A DNA stretch of 32,000 nt from an uncultured archaeon (GTDB lineage Archaea > Aenigmatarchaeota > Aenigmatarchaeia > QMZP01): assembly GCA_964399875.1 (NCBI GenBank), contig CAYNRQ010000001.1, forward strand, positions 8,800 through 40,799, in the 5' to 3' direction. The notes under the pieces were generated by a model. The model was not told the DNA's origin and searched no databases. It saw only the letters and a list, made by a program, of their open reading frames with translations. Positions 1 through 7,393 of this stretch are shown one piece after another (position 1 is the stretch's first letter; every line of letters begins with the position of its first letter). The position numbers and the translations under genes were made by a program.

Positions 1-86
1 TCAGCAGAAACAGGCGGGATAAATACAAATGATGACAAAATAAACAATACTAAAACCAAACTTATTTTTGATTTGATGTTCACCAT
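1..86 (-). CDS. Partial CDS: N-terminus of a secreted or membrane-anchored protein that runs off the left edge
   Basis: My own translation from the minus-strand ATG at 86..84 gives MVNIKSKISLVLVLFILSSFVFIPPVSA.., a basic n-region followed by a hydrophobic core, as in a signal peptide. It is too short to appear in the ORF track. Confidence 0.3.
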   Translation of the reverse strand, partial: MVNIKSKISLVLVLFILSSFVFIPPVSA

Positions 87-124
87 AATTATAGTAAATT
101 AAGATTATTTAAATAACTTTTGTT

Positions 125-677
125 TTAATGCGAGCCCCCGAAAATCGAATATAACTTCTCTTTATCCAAAGCGTAACTAAGCCTTATCCTTTTTGGTGAT
201 CCAAACCAACTAACCAGATATGTTATAACCTTGTATTTATTGAATAAAGCAGACATCATGTGTTCAGGATCTTTAACCCTTGGAAGAACATAAAAAGCAC
301 CTTCAGGCTTCCAACTTCTAGGAACCTTGGTAGTATGGTATGCCATTTCCTGACCCAATGACCACAGGTAACCTGCCCTGAAACCACACATGGCATATGT
401 TTTTGAAAATGAATTATCATATCCTTATAAACCTCATCAGATATAACATAAACACCAAGATCGCTTGTTAATTTCCCTATCTTTTTAGCGTTTTTATGTT
501 CTCAACCCTTCCAGTAGGATTGGATGGTGAATTGATTATAACGGCCTTGCATTCCCTTATCTTTTCATCAAAATCTATCCTCCAATCAATCAGATCAAGG
601 TGTCCAGAACCAAAGCTTATTATATTCTTTCCTTCAACACCAATAAAAACAGAAGGAGATCCCATTTTTTCTTCCAT
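125..677 (-). pseudogene. Decayed class I/II PLP-dependent aminotransferase (aspartate-aminotransferase-like)
   Basis: Recognisable motifs are spread over three reading frames. They are ..AVIINSPSNPTGRV.. (ORF 477..677), IGKLTSDLGVYVISDEVYKDM (untracked frame, about 400-478), and SFSKTYAMCGFRAGYLW..GAFYVLPR..IRLSYA (ORF 125..391, where SFSKTYA lies upstream of its ATG behind a TAA). About 100 N-terminal residues are missing because L37e ends 2 nt upstream. The DEVY-to-SFSK and GY-to-GAFYV spacings are far shorter than in intact family members. Confidence 0.7.
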
Positions 678-678
678 G

Positions 679-873
679 TCATTTCTTCCTTTCCCCTTTT
701 CCTATCGAACCCTTCCACTGCCAAGAATAAGACCTTATCCTCTTGGACCTGCCATAGCCGCATGCCGCACAAACCTTCTTTCTAATATGATAGGCTCTTT
801 TTCCGCATCTTCTGCACGCTATGTGAGTCTTTTTATTTCTCTTGCCAAAACTAGGCGTTCCTTTACCAGGCAT
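679..873 (-). CDS. rpl37e: 50S ribosomal protein L37e
   Basis: [40 protein letters not shown] is the canonical L37e N-terminus, including its C4 zinc ribbon. Confidence 0.95.
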   Translation of the reverse strand: MPGKGTPSFGKRNKKTHIACRRCGKRAYHIRKKVCAACGYGRSKRIRSYSWQWKGSIGKGERKK

Positions 874-901
874 ACAACAGCCTCCTATTTCTTATAAACT
901 T

Positions 902-1117
902 CTACTCTCCAGGTGACACATAAATAATACTGTCTCCCCTTATAAGGACCTTTCCGAGGTTCATCTCCTTTTCACCCTCAATCTTCGCATCATCAAGCCA
1001 TATATTTATATGCGAATCAAAGGCCTTAAGGGTTCCTACTATATTGTCTCCTGATTTTGTCTTTACTATTATCTTCTTATCTATGGAACTGCCGAGTACA
1101 TCTAATGGTCTCTGCAT
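902..1117 (-). CDS. Sm-like (LSm/SmAP) RNA-binding protein
   Basis: At 71 aa it has an Sm1-like segment (VGTLKAFDSHINIWLDD) and an Sm2 segment (VLIRGDSIIYV). It also shows the conserved archaeal adjacency to L37e. Confidence 0.9.
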   Translation of the reverse strand: MQRPLDVLGSSIDKKIIVKTKSGDNIVGTLKAFDSHINIWLDDAKIEGEKEMNLGKVLIRGDSIIYVSPGE

Positions 1118-1160
1118 CTCAACACCTTAAAAATTCCAATGGTGTTAACATTGAATTTAC

Positions 1161-1245
1161 GTTGAATCGAAAAATCACATAGATTTGCCAGTTTGATTCA
1201 ACAGTTGTTGCCTCATCAAGAAAACCTTGCAGTCCTGGAGGCAAC
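1161..1245. other. Two tandem hairpins with the same architecture (candidate small RNA or regulatory element)
   Basis: GTTGAATC(1161-1168) pairs with GATTCAAC(1195-1202), and GTTGCCTC(1207-1214) pairs with GAGGCAAC(1238-1245). Each has an inner 4-5 bp stem, a 5-nt A-rich loop and an 8-nt 3' bulge. Confidence 0.3.
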
Positions 1246-1322
1246 ATTATTTTTATATTTATGCAAAATGTATTTAAAGGTTATATGAAATATAATATTA
1301 TTTGGTATATTAGAGGTACATT

Positions 1323-1712
1323 ATGGCTGTCTGGCATCTGAGATCAAAAAGAAAATTGACTGGTGGAAAACTCAGAAAAGTGAGAAAGAAGAGAAAACTG
1401 GATGGAGGATCAAAATTCTTAGACACAAGAATAGCTGAAAAGAAGATAAAGATAAAAAGAGTTTATGGTGGAAAGAAAAAAGTAACACTGCTATCCTCAG
1501 ACAAGATAAGTGTTTCTGACCCAAAAACAGGAAGGATACAGCACATAAAGTTAATTTCTGTTGAAGAGAATCCAGCAAATCCGCATTATGCAAGAAGAAA
1601 CATAATAACCAAAGGAGCCATTGTAAAGACCGAGGCCGGCATGGCCAGGATAACCAACAGACCAACTCAGGATGGTGTTGTTAGCGGTGTTCTGATTGGG
1701 GAGAAAAAGTAA
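1323..1712 (+). CDS. rps8e: 30S ribosomal protein S8e
   Basis: MAVWHLRSKRKLTGGKLRKVRKKRK.. and ..NPANPHYARRNIITKGAIV.. are typical of S8e. An AT-rich TATA-like region lies upstream. Confidence 0.9.
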   Translation: MAVWHLRSKRKLTGGKLRKVRKKRKLDGGSKFLDTRIAEKKIKIKRVYGGKKKVTLLSSDKISVSDPKTGRIQHIKLISVEENPANPHYARRNIITKGAIVKTEAGMARITNRPTQDGVVSGVLIGEKK

Positions 1713-1713
1713 C

Positions 1714-3522
1714 CTATTCCCATTCTATTGTTCCCGGTGGTTTATCAGTTAGATCTAAGACAACCCTGCCCAGACCCAATTCAGCTGTGTATTTGCATAT
1801 ATCATCGAAATATTCCCAGGACATATCCTTCCCAGGGATTGCCGGTCTTGCTGTCATGAAATCATCAGTTATAACAGGCCTTAGTCCTATAGCAGGTCCC
1901 CTGTATTTTTCATCAGCATAATCCGGAAACATTACAACAGGCATCTGGCTTATATCCGAGTAAATTCCGTGCTTATCAAGTAATTCTGTTGCTTTATTAT
2001 CTGCCTCACGCAATAAGAAGAGTCTTTCATCATTAATTTCCACCCTTGTTTTTATGGTTGCTGCGGTATCTGAAATGGAATAAGCAACCCTGTTAACAGG
2101 AGTATTTTTAACAATCTCACTGGCAACTGTCTTGGCCTTTTTCATGTCTCTCCCCCCGCTAATAATAGCAAGGTTTCTGTAGCTCCTCTCATCTCCCTGA
2201 ACACCAACTGTTGCTATGGGAACAATATAACCACCCAGCCCATGATCACCTGCAATTGCTGACACATCCTTGTCTATGACTTCAAAATTATCTGGTTTGT
2301 AAGGGTTAAAGACAAGTCTTATTCCGAGACCGGGTCCTGGGAACGGGTGCCTCCAAACAAGTCCTTTGCAGATTCCTAGAAGTTCTCCAACGGCCCTTAC
2401 TTCATCTTTGTATATCCATTTGTTCGGCTCTATTACCTTGCCTTGTTTTATTAATTCCATCACCCTTGGTGAAACGTTATGATGCAGCTTGATCTGGGAA
2501 GCTTCACCACCAACACCGCCCCCACTTTCTATCCAGTCTGTATAGAGTGTGCCTTGCATGAAAATCAGATTATTCCAATCAAGACCCATTTTTTCTAATT
2601 CATCTTCCATAACATCAATAAACACATTCCCAATTATTCTTCTTTTTTCCTGTGGGTCAGTTATTCCATACAACGCACCAAGGAAATCACTGCTTCTGTC
2701 AGCAACTCTCAGGTTCGTCAGGCCGGCTTTTCTTAAGGCCTGTTCAACATGATAACTTTCATCCTTTCTCATTAGCCCATTGTCTATGTGAAGCAGATGA
2801 ACACGGTCCGGACCAAGTTTATTGGTTGTTACAGTGGCTGCAACAGTTGAATCAACACCACCACTGGCCAGAACCAGGACATCATTATTACCCACCCTTT
2901 CTTCAATCTCTTTTTGTGTCTTTTCAATATAACTTTCCATTGTCCAGTCAGGCTCACACTCAGAAATATTAAATAAAAAGTTTCCGAGAATCCTGTCACC
3001 CTTTTTAGTGTGTGTGACTTCTGGATGGAATTGCACGCCATAAATTCTCCTGCTATCATTACCTATTGCAGCAAGAAGGCCACTGTTTGTTGTCGCCAGC
3101 ACATCAAATCCGCCATAACCATAGCTAACAACGCTATCGCCGTGGCTCATCCATACATCATCTTCAACACCCAGACCCTCAAGAAGCCTAGAATATGTTT
3201 TTATCCTTATCTGTGTATTTCCGTACTCTCTTTTTTCAACCTGCTCAATTCTTCCACCAAACCGTTTAGCTATTAGTTGCATTCCATAACAAATCCCAAG
3301 AACAGGTATATCAAGATTAAAAACCCCGGGATCACAAAGAGGCGCACCATCGTCATTCACACTTGATGGACCACCAGAAAGAATGATTGCATCGCTGTCT
3401 CTAAGCATGCTTGCTGATATGCTGTGTGGGACTATTTCGGAATATACATTAAGGTTTCTTATCCTCTTGGCAATAAGATGGGTGTACTGACCGCCAAAAT
3501 CAATAACACGGACTTTACTCAT
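1714..3522 (-). CDS. guaA: GMP synthase (glutamine-hydrolysing), fused GATase and ATP-pyrophosphatase
   Basis: It has the GATase catalytic motif LGICYGMQ and HPEV, the PP-loop LASGGVDSTV, VGVQGDERSY, and the C-terminal PPGTIEWE. Confidence 0.95.
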   Translation of the reverse strand: MSKVRVIDFGGQYTHLIAKRIRNLNVYSEIVPHSISASMLRDSDAIILSGGPSSVNDDGAPLCDPGVFNLDIPVLGICYGMQLIAKRFGGRIEQVEKREYGNTQIRIKTYSRLLEGLGVEDDVWMSHGDSVVSYGYGGFDVLATTNSGLLAAIGNDSRRIYGVQFHPEVTHTKKGDRILGNFLFNISECEPDWTMESYIEKTQKEIEERVGNNDVLVLASGGVDSTVAATVTTNKLGPDRVHLLHIDNGLMRKDESYHVEQALRKAGLTNLRVADRSSDFLGALYGITDPQEKRRIIGNVFIDVMEDELEKMGLDWNNLIFMQGTLYTDWIESGGGVGGEASQIKLHHNVSPRVMELIKQGKVIEPNKWIYKDEVRAVGELLGICKGLVWRHPFPGPGLGIRLVFNPYKPDNFEVIDKDVSAIAGDHGLGGYIVPIATVGVQGDERSYRNLAIISGGRDMKKAKTVASEIVKNTPVNRVAYSISDTAATIKTRVEINDERLFLLREADNKATELLDKHGIYSDISQMPVVMFPDYADEKYRGPAIGLRPVITDDFMTARPAIPGKDMSWEYFDDICKYTAELGLGRVVLDLTDKPPGTIEWE

Positions 3523-3551
3523 TTTTATATTTAATGATAAATTTTAAATTT

Positions 3552-4643
3552 CTAAGCCTTCTCAAGAACCCTTTTCTTTGCAATATTCATGGCCGCGGCT
3601 CTCGGGTTTATTCCTTCTTTATCAGAATGTTCTAAAACAAGTTTTGTGTTTTTCACTATCTTTTCTTCTACCATTTTGAACATATCTTGCTCTGTCCCGC
3701 CCATGTATTCCACATAGCTTGATATCACGCCACCCGCATTGGCCACAAAATCAGGAACAACCAGAATACCCTTATTGTACAGCCTTTCCTCTATCTCCGG
3801 AATCATGGGGATATTAGATCCACATGAAATTATTTTTGCATGGATATTGTTCCAGTTCTTTTCATTTATGGAATCTGGTATGGCTGCTGGAATCAGAACA
3901 TCCACAGGAAGCTCAAATATCTTTTCACAAGAAAAGACCTCGCCGGATTCATACAATGTAACAGTCCCTTGTTCCTTTTTCACTTTAGCAAGTTTCTCAA
4001 AGTCAAGACCCTGCTTATTGTAGATAGTTCCTTTTGAATCAGAGGCGGCCACGAGCTTTGCACCCCATTTTGTCAGGAACTTGGCAGCAAACCAGCCGAC
4101 GTTACCGAACCCCTCAACAGCAAAGGTTACTTTTTTTATGTCCAGGTCTTTATGTTCTATTGCAACCTTGGCAGCATGGGCCACGCCAAAACCAGTTGAA
4201 CCAAGTTCGTGTGGCAGGCCTCCCATATCTTTGGGCTTACCGGTGCAGGCCCTGCTATCACCATTAGCCTCAGCAAACCACCTCATCTCTTCCTCACCCA
4301 TGTTCATATCAGGAGCTGCCACATACATGATTGGGCAGACAGATTTTAATGCTCTGGAAAAGGCCTTCACAATTGCCCTTTTCTGATCCTTGGAAAGCTT
4401 TTTATCATCTGCAACTATTCCTGACTTTGCTCCGCCAAAAGGAAGATCGGCAATAGCATTCTTCCATGTCATGGCCCTGGCCAGCTTTGCAACCTCATTC
4501 ACAGAAACAGTCGGAGTCATCCTTATTCCGCCTTTGCCCGGCCCCCTTTTTGTGTTGTCAATGACAGTGAATCCCTTCATCCCTGATTCTTTATCCTCGA
4601 CTTCAAGAATTTTCTCAGGGCCGAATTCATCTTTTTTGACCAT
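3552..4643 (-). CDS. Glutamate (Glu/Leu/Phe/Val family) dehydrogenase, short form
   Basis: GPGKGGIRMTP..MTWKNAIADLPFGGAKSGIVADDKKLS matches the GDH active-site region. The Rossmann motif VEGFGNVG is present. Confidence 0.8.
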   Translation of the reverse strand: MVKKDEFGPEKILEVEDKESGMKGFTVIDNTKRGPGKGGIRMTPTVSVNEVAKLARAMTWKNAIADLPFGGAKSGIVADDKKLSKDQKRAIVKAFSRALKSVCPIMYVAAPDMNMGEEEMRWFAEANGDSRACTGKPKDMGGLPHELGSTGFGVAHAAKVAIEHKDLDIKKVTFAVEGFGNVGWFAAKFLTKWGAKLVAASDSKGTIYNKQGLDFEKLAKVKKEQGTVTLYESGEVFSCEKIFELPVDVLIPAAIPDSINEKNWNNIHAKIISCGSNIPMIPEIEERLYNKGILVVPDFVANAGGVISSYVEYMGGTEQDMFKMVEEKIVKNTKLVLEHSDKEGINPRAAAMNIAKKRVLEKA

Positions 4644-5049
4644 ATTGTTTCTTACCCTTTTTATTTAAATAATCTTCCACTGCCTTGTGAAAGGCATCCA
4701 CAGCCAATACACTGCAATGGTATTTTACTGGCGGAAGACCTCCAAGTTTTTTCACAACCTGATCTTTTGAAATCTTCATGGCTTCATTCAGGAATTTTCC
4801 CTTTATCATATCCGTAAGAATCGAGGATGTGCTTATGGCAGCCACGCACCCAAAAGTCTTTACCTTGACATCTTTGATTATATCTTTATCTTGTTTGTTT
4901 TTTGCAATCTTCAGATACATAACCATAACATCCCCGCAAACAGGATTCCCAACCTTCCCCACACCGTCCGGGTTTTTTATCTCTCCAATGTTGTGGGGAT
5001 GGGTAAAAATATCCATAACCTTTTTGCTGTACCCGTAATTTTCTTTCAT
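4627..5049 (-). CDS. nifU: Fe-S cluster scaffold protein IscU/NifU (N-terminal type)
   Basis: Contains NPVCGD, FGCVAAI and HCSVLA, the three scaffold cysteines. I prefer the ATG at 5049 (MKENYGY..), 5 nt after the nifS stop. The track start at 5058 is a GTG. Confidence 0.9.
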   Translation of the reverse strand: MKENYGYSKKVMDIFTHPHNIGEIKNPDGVGKVGNPVCGDVMVMYLKIAKNKQDKDIIKDVKVKTFGCVAAISTSSILTDMIKGKFLNEAMKISKDQVVKKLGGLPPVKYHCSVLAVDAFHKAVEDYLNKKGKKQYGQKR

Positions 5050-5054
5050 ATTAA

Positions 5055-6197
5055 TCACCTTGTCAATGGACTTATTCTCCTCAGGTTTTCAACAATGCTT
5101 GGAAGCTCTTTCAAGACATAACCTACTTCCTTTTTTGTATTATCCTTTCCCAGTGTTAATCTAAGCGAGCCGTGTGCATCCTTGGAACTAAGGCCAATGG
5201 ATGTGAGAACATGGCTTGGTTTTAATGACTTGCTTGAGCATGCTGAACCAGTACTGGCGGCAACACCCTTCATGCTTAAATGTATGACCATAGACTCACC
5301 CTCTATATGTTTGAAACAAAAGTTTGTATTTCCGGGCAGCCTTTTTTCCGGGTGGCCATTCAGCCAGCTGTCTGGTATCTTAAGAACACCCTTCACAAGC
5401 ATCTTGCTCAGCCTCTTTTCATGCTCCGCCCACCTGTTCATATTTTTCTTGGCCAGCTCCACTGCCTTGGCAAACCCAACAATACCCGGAACATTTTCTG
5501 TGCTTGACCTTAAACCGAATTCATGGCCTCCCCCGTGTATCTGGGGCGTAAGTCTGACACCCTTTCTCACATAAAGCAATCCTACTCCCTTGGGTCCATA
5601 AAGCTTATGAGCAGAGGCTGAAAGCATGTCAATATTCATCTTCTTTACATCTATAGGAATCTTGCCAAAACTCTGAACAGCATCTGTGTGAAACAATACA
5701 TCTTTATCCCTGCAGATATTGCCGATCTCTGCTATTGGTTCTATGGTTCCAATCTCATTGTTTGCATGCATTATTGAAACCATGACAGTATTTTTCTTTA
5801 TGGCTTTTTCCACATCCCTTGGATTAACAAACCCATACTTATCCACAGGCAGGTAGGTCACCTCAAAGCCATGTTTTTCTAAAAATTCACATGTATGCAG
5901 GACAGCATGGTGTTCTATTTTGCTTGTTATTATATGATTACCCTTTCTTACAACCCCCTTTATAGCCAGATTATCAGATTCTGTTCCACCAGAAGTGAAA
6001 ACAATCTCTTCAAAGTCTGCATTGATAAGTTTTGCGCATTTCTCCCTGGAGCTGTCCAGAGCCTCTTTGGCATCCTGCCCAAAGCTATGTATACTAGAGG
6101 CATTGCCATAAACAGCATTAAAAAACGGTATCATGGCTTCTAACACCTTTGCATCAACAGGTGTTGTTGCTGCATGATCCATGTATATTTTTTTCAC
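5055..6197 (-). CDS. nifS: Cysteine desulfurase (NifS/IscS, class V aminotransferase)
   Basis: Contains DHAATTP, the PLP-lysine region SASAHKLYGPKG, and the active-site loop STGSACSS. The start is either the GTG at 6197, with GGTGA 6 nt upstream, or the ATG at 6182. Confidence 0.9.
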   Translation of the reverse strand: MKKIYMDHAATTPVDAKVLEAMIPFFNAVYGNASSIHSFGQDAKEALDSSREKCAKLINADFEEIVFTSGGTESDNLAIKGVVRKGNHIITSKIEHHAVLHTCEFLEKHGFEVTYLPVDKYGFVNPRDVEKAIKKNTVMVSIMHANNEIGTIEPIAEIGNICRDKDVLFHTDAVQSFGKIPIDVKKMNIDMLSASAHKLYGPKGVGLLYVRKGVRLTPQIHGGGHEFGLRSSTENVPGIVGFAKAVELAKKNMNRWAEHEKRLSKMLVKGVLKIPDSWLNGHPEKRLPGNTNFCFKHIEGESMVIHLSMKGVAASTGSACSSKSLKPSHVLTSIGLSSKDAHGSLRLTLGKDNTKKEVGYVLKELPSIVENLRRISPLTR

Positions 6198-6277
6198 TCT
6201 AAATCACCCTGTTCTGATTTGCAATCTATCATCACACATTTGCTGTCATCGCAACAGCATTTAAAATATTTTGCCAT
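6194..6277 (-). CDS. Candidate 27-codon Cys-rich micro-ORF (MAKYFKCCCDDSKCVMIDCKSEQGDLE)
   Basis: My own translation. The ATG lies 4 nt after the upstream regulator's TAA (TAATAAAATG). The stop TGA overlaps the nifS GTG start (GTGA). The ORF fills the whole intergenic gap and has 5 Cys in 27 residues. Confidence 0.25.
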   Translation of the reverse strand: MAKYFKCCCDDSKCVMIDCKSEQGDLE

Positions 6278-6281
6278 TTTA

Positions 6282-6650
6282 TTACCCCTCGGATTTCATG
6301 CAAATGTCACACCCTTTTGAAACATAGCCATGCCTTTTATGGATTTTGCACAGAATCATTTCCCTTTTACACTGGTCACAGATGCGCTGGATCTCTTTTA
6401 TTACACTGCTCCCCTTTAGGATATTCTTAACAGAATTTTTTATTTCCTTTTTTATATTATTACCTAAATCAACATCAGACCCTCTTTTACCTTTCATGTA
6501 CTGGGAAACAGCCGCTTCTGTTATACCCAGTTTTTCTGCTATCGCCTTCTGGGAAAGACCTCCCTTAACCATCTCTTTTGCAAGTCCCTTTCTTATGGTA
6601 GGTAAGAGGTACCAGACTTCTAACTCCTGGGGCATTATCATCTTTTTCAT
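6282..6650 (-). CDS. HTH transcriptional regulator with a C-terminal Cys-rich (metal or Fe-S binding) domain
   Basis: The HTH is LSQKAIAEKLGITEAAVSQYMKG. The C-terminus is CDQCKREMILCKIHKRHGYVSKGCDIC, with 5 Cys and 2 His. Confidence 0.7.
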   Translation of the reverse strand: MKKMIMPQELEVWYLLPTIRKGLAKEMVKGGLSQKAIAEKLGITEAAVSQYMKGKRGSDVDLGNNIKKEIKNSVKNILKGSSVIKEIQRICDQCKREMILCKIHKRHGYVSKGCDICMKSEG

Positions 6651-6715
6651 TAGATAACAATTGTTAAGTCTAATATTTAAAGCTTACAGTATCCAAAAAG
6701 AGACAAAGCAAAATC

Positions 6716-6916
6716 CTACCCGTCAACCAGCTTTATAGCCTTTGTGGGGCAGCTTGTAACACACGCACCGCACTCAGTGCAATCCTGCGGTTTTATTACT
6801 TTGGATTTTCCACCTTTCAATTCAAATACGTTCACAGGACAAACAGACACGCATGTCCCGCAGCCTATGCATTTCTTCGCATCTATTTTGGGTATTTTAT
6901 GACCTATTTTTCCCAT
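6716..6916 (-). CDS. 2x[4Fe-4S] ferredoxin
   Basis: Has two cluster motifs, CIGCGTCVSVCP and CTECGACVTSCP. Confidence 0.85.
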   Translation of the reverse strand: MGKIGHKIPKIDAKKCIGCGTCVSVCPVNVFELKGGKSKVIKPQDCTECGACVTSCPTKAIKLVDG

Positions 6917-6919
6917 ATT

Positions 6920-7138
6920 CTACTCCTTCTTTGATTTATTTGCAATTACATTAAGCTCTTTTAGCATATCTTTAAATTCTTTATCTGACATACCATGCGC
7001 TTTTGAACCTTGCTCTATGGTCTCAAAAGCAGCTACATGACAACCAATACAGTGCAGACCATGTTTTAGCATAATCTCGGCCGCCTCGGGGTATTTATTA
7101 AGAATCTCAGCAAATGTCATGTCTTTAGTTATTTTCAT
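6920..7138 (-). CDS. DUF1858-type small redox-disulfide protein (hybrid-cluster-protein-associated family)
   Basis: TFAEILNKYPEAAEIMLKHGLHCIGCHVAAFETIEQG matches the family pattern and includes a CxxC. It is tightly coupled to both flanking ferredoxin genes (TGATATG and TAGAATATG junctions). Confidence 0.7.
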   Translation of the reverse strand: MKITKDMTFAEILNKYPEAAEIMLKHGLHCIGCHVAAFETIEQGSKAHGMSDKEFKDMLKELNVIANKSKKE

Positions 7139-7139
7139 A

Positions 7140-7322
7140 TCAATCCAAAACCTTTATGGCCTCATTCGGACACTGTACTTCACATGCCTTGCATCCTATA
7201 CACTCCTGTGGCTTGTCAACAACAGTGTGCTTATCCTTTTTACCAAAACAGCCCACAGGACAAACATCAATACATGAATCACAATCCTTGCATTTTCCAT
7301 AGTCGATTACAGGTTTGGGCAT
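7140..7322 (-). CDS. 2x[4Fe-4S] ferredoxin
   Basis: Contains CKDCDSCIDVCP and CIGCKACEVQCP. It has its own TATA-like box (minus-strand ttttataaataa) and the SD AAGGTGGTG upstream. Confidence 0.85.
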   Translation of the reverse strand: MPKPVIDYGKCKDCDSCIDVCPVGCFGKKDKHTVVDKPQECIGCKACEVQCPNEAIKVLD

Positions 7323-7393
7323 AACACCACCTTGTTAATAGTCAGATCAAGTTTATTTATAAAACTATTGGAAAAAATTCGCTGATTTGCTAA

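Noticed and set aside
479-488. The T5/A5 homopolymer (481-485) within 479-488 at the first aminotransferase frameshift, as a possible sequencing error that would rescue the gene.
   Set aside because: Even with that frame restored, the gene still lacks its N-terminal third and has two large internal deletions and a second frameshift. The pseudogene call stands.
496-897. A 133-aa plus-strand ORF, and the 61-aa ORF at 600..785, overlapping L37e and the aminotransferase remnant.
   Set aside because: It is antisense to a highly conserved ribosomal protein gene, is low-complexity (S/L/P/F-rich), and has no recognisable motifs. I consider it a shadow ORF.
1161-1245. An H/ACA guide RNA interpretation of the tandem hairpins, since each stem is followed by or overlaps an ACA (GATTCAACAG and GAGGCAACAT).
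   Set aside because: The ACA triplets are part of the base-paired CAAC ends. There is no two-sided pseudouridylation pocket and no K-turn or K-loop. I therefore leave the element as unknown class.
1714-3522. The GMP synthase is fused and, at 602 aa, longer than I expect for typical bacterial forms. I wondered about an intein or an insertion.
   Set aside because: The sequence reads as one continuous GATase, PP-loop and dimerisation architecture. It has no intein splice motifs such as a C/S..HNC-type junction. I cannot judge length variation in the C-terminal half without an alignment.
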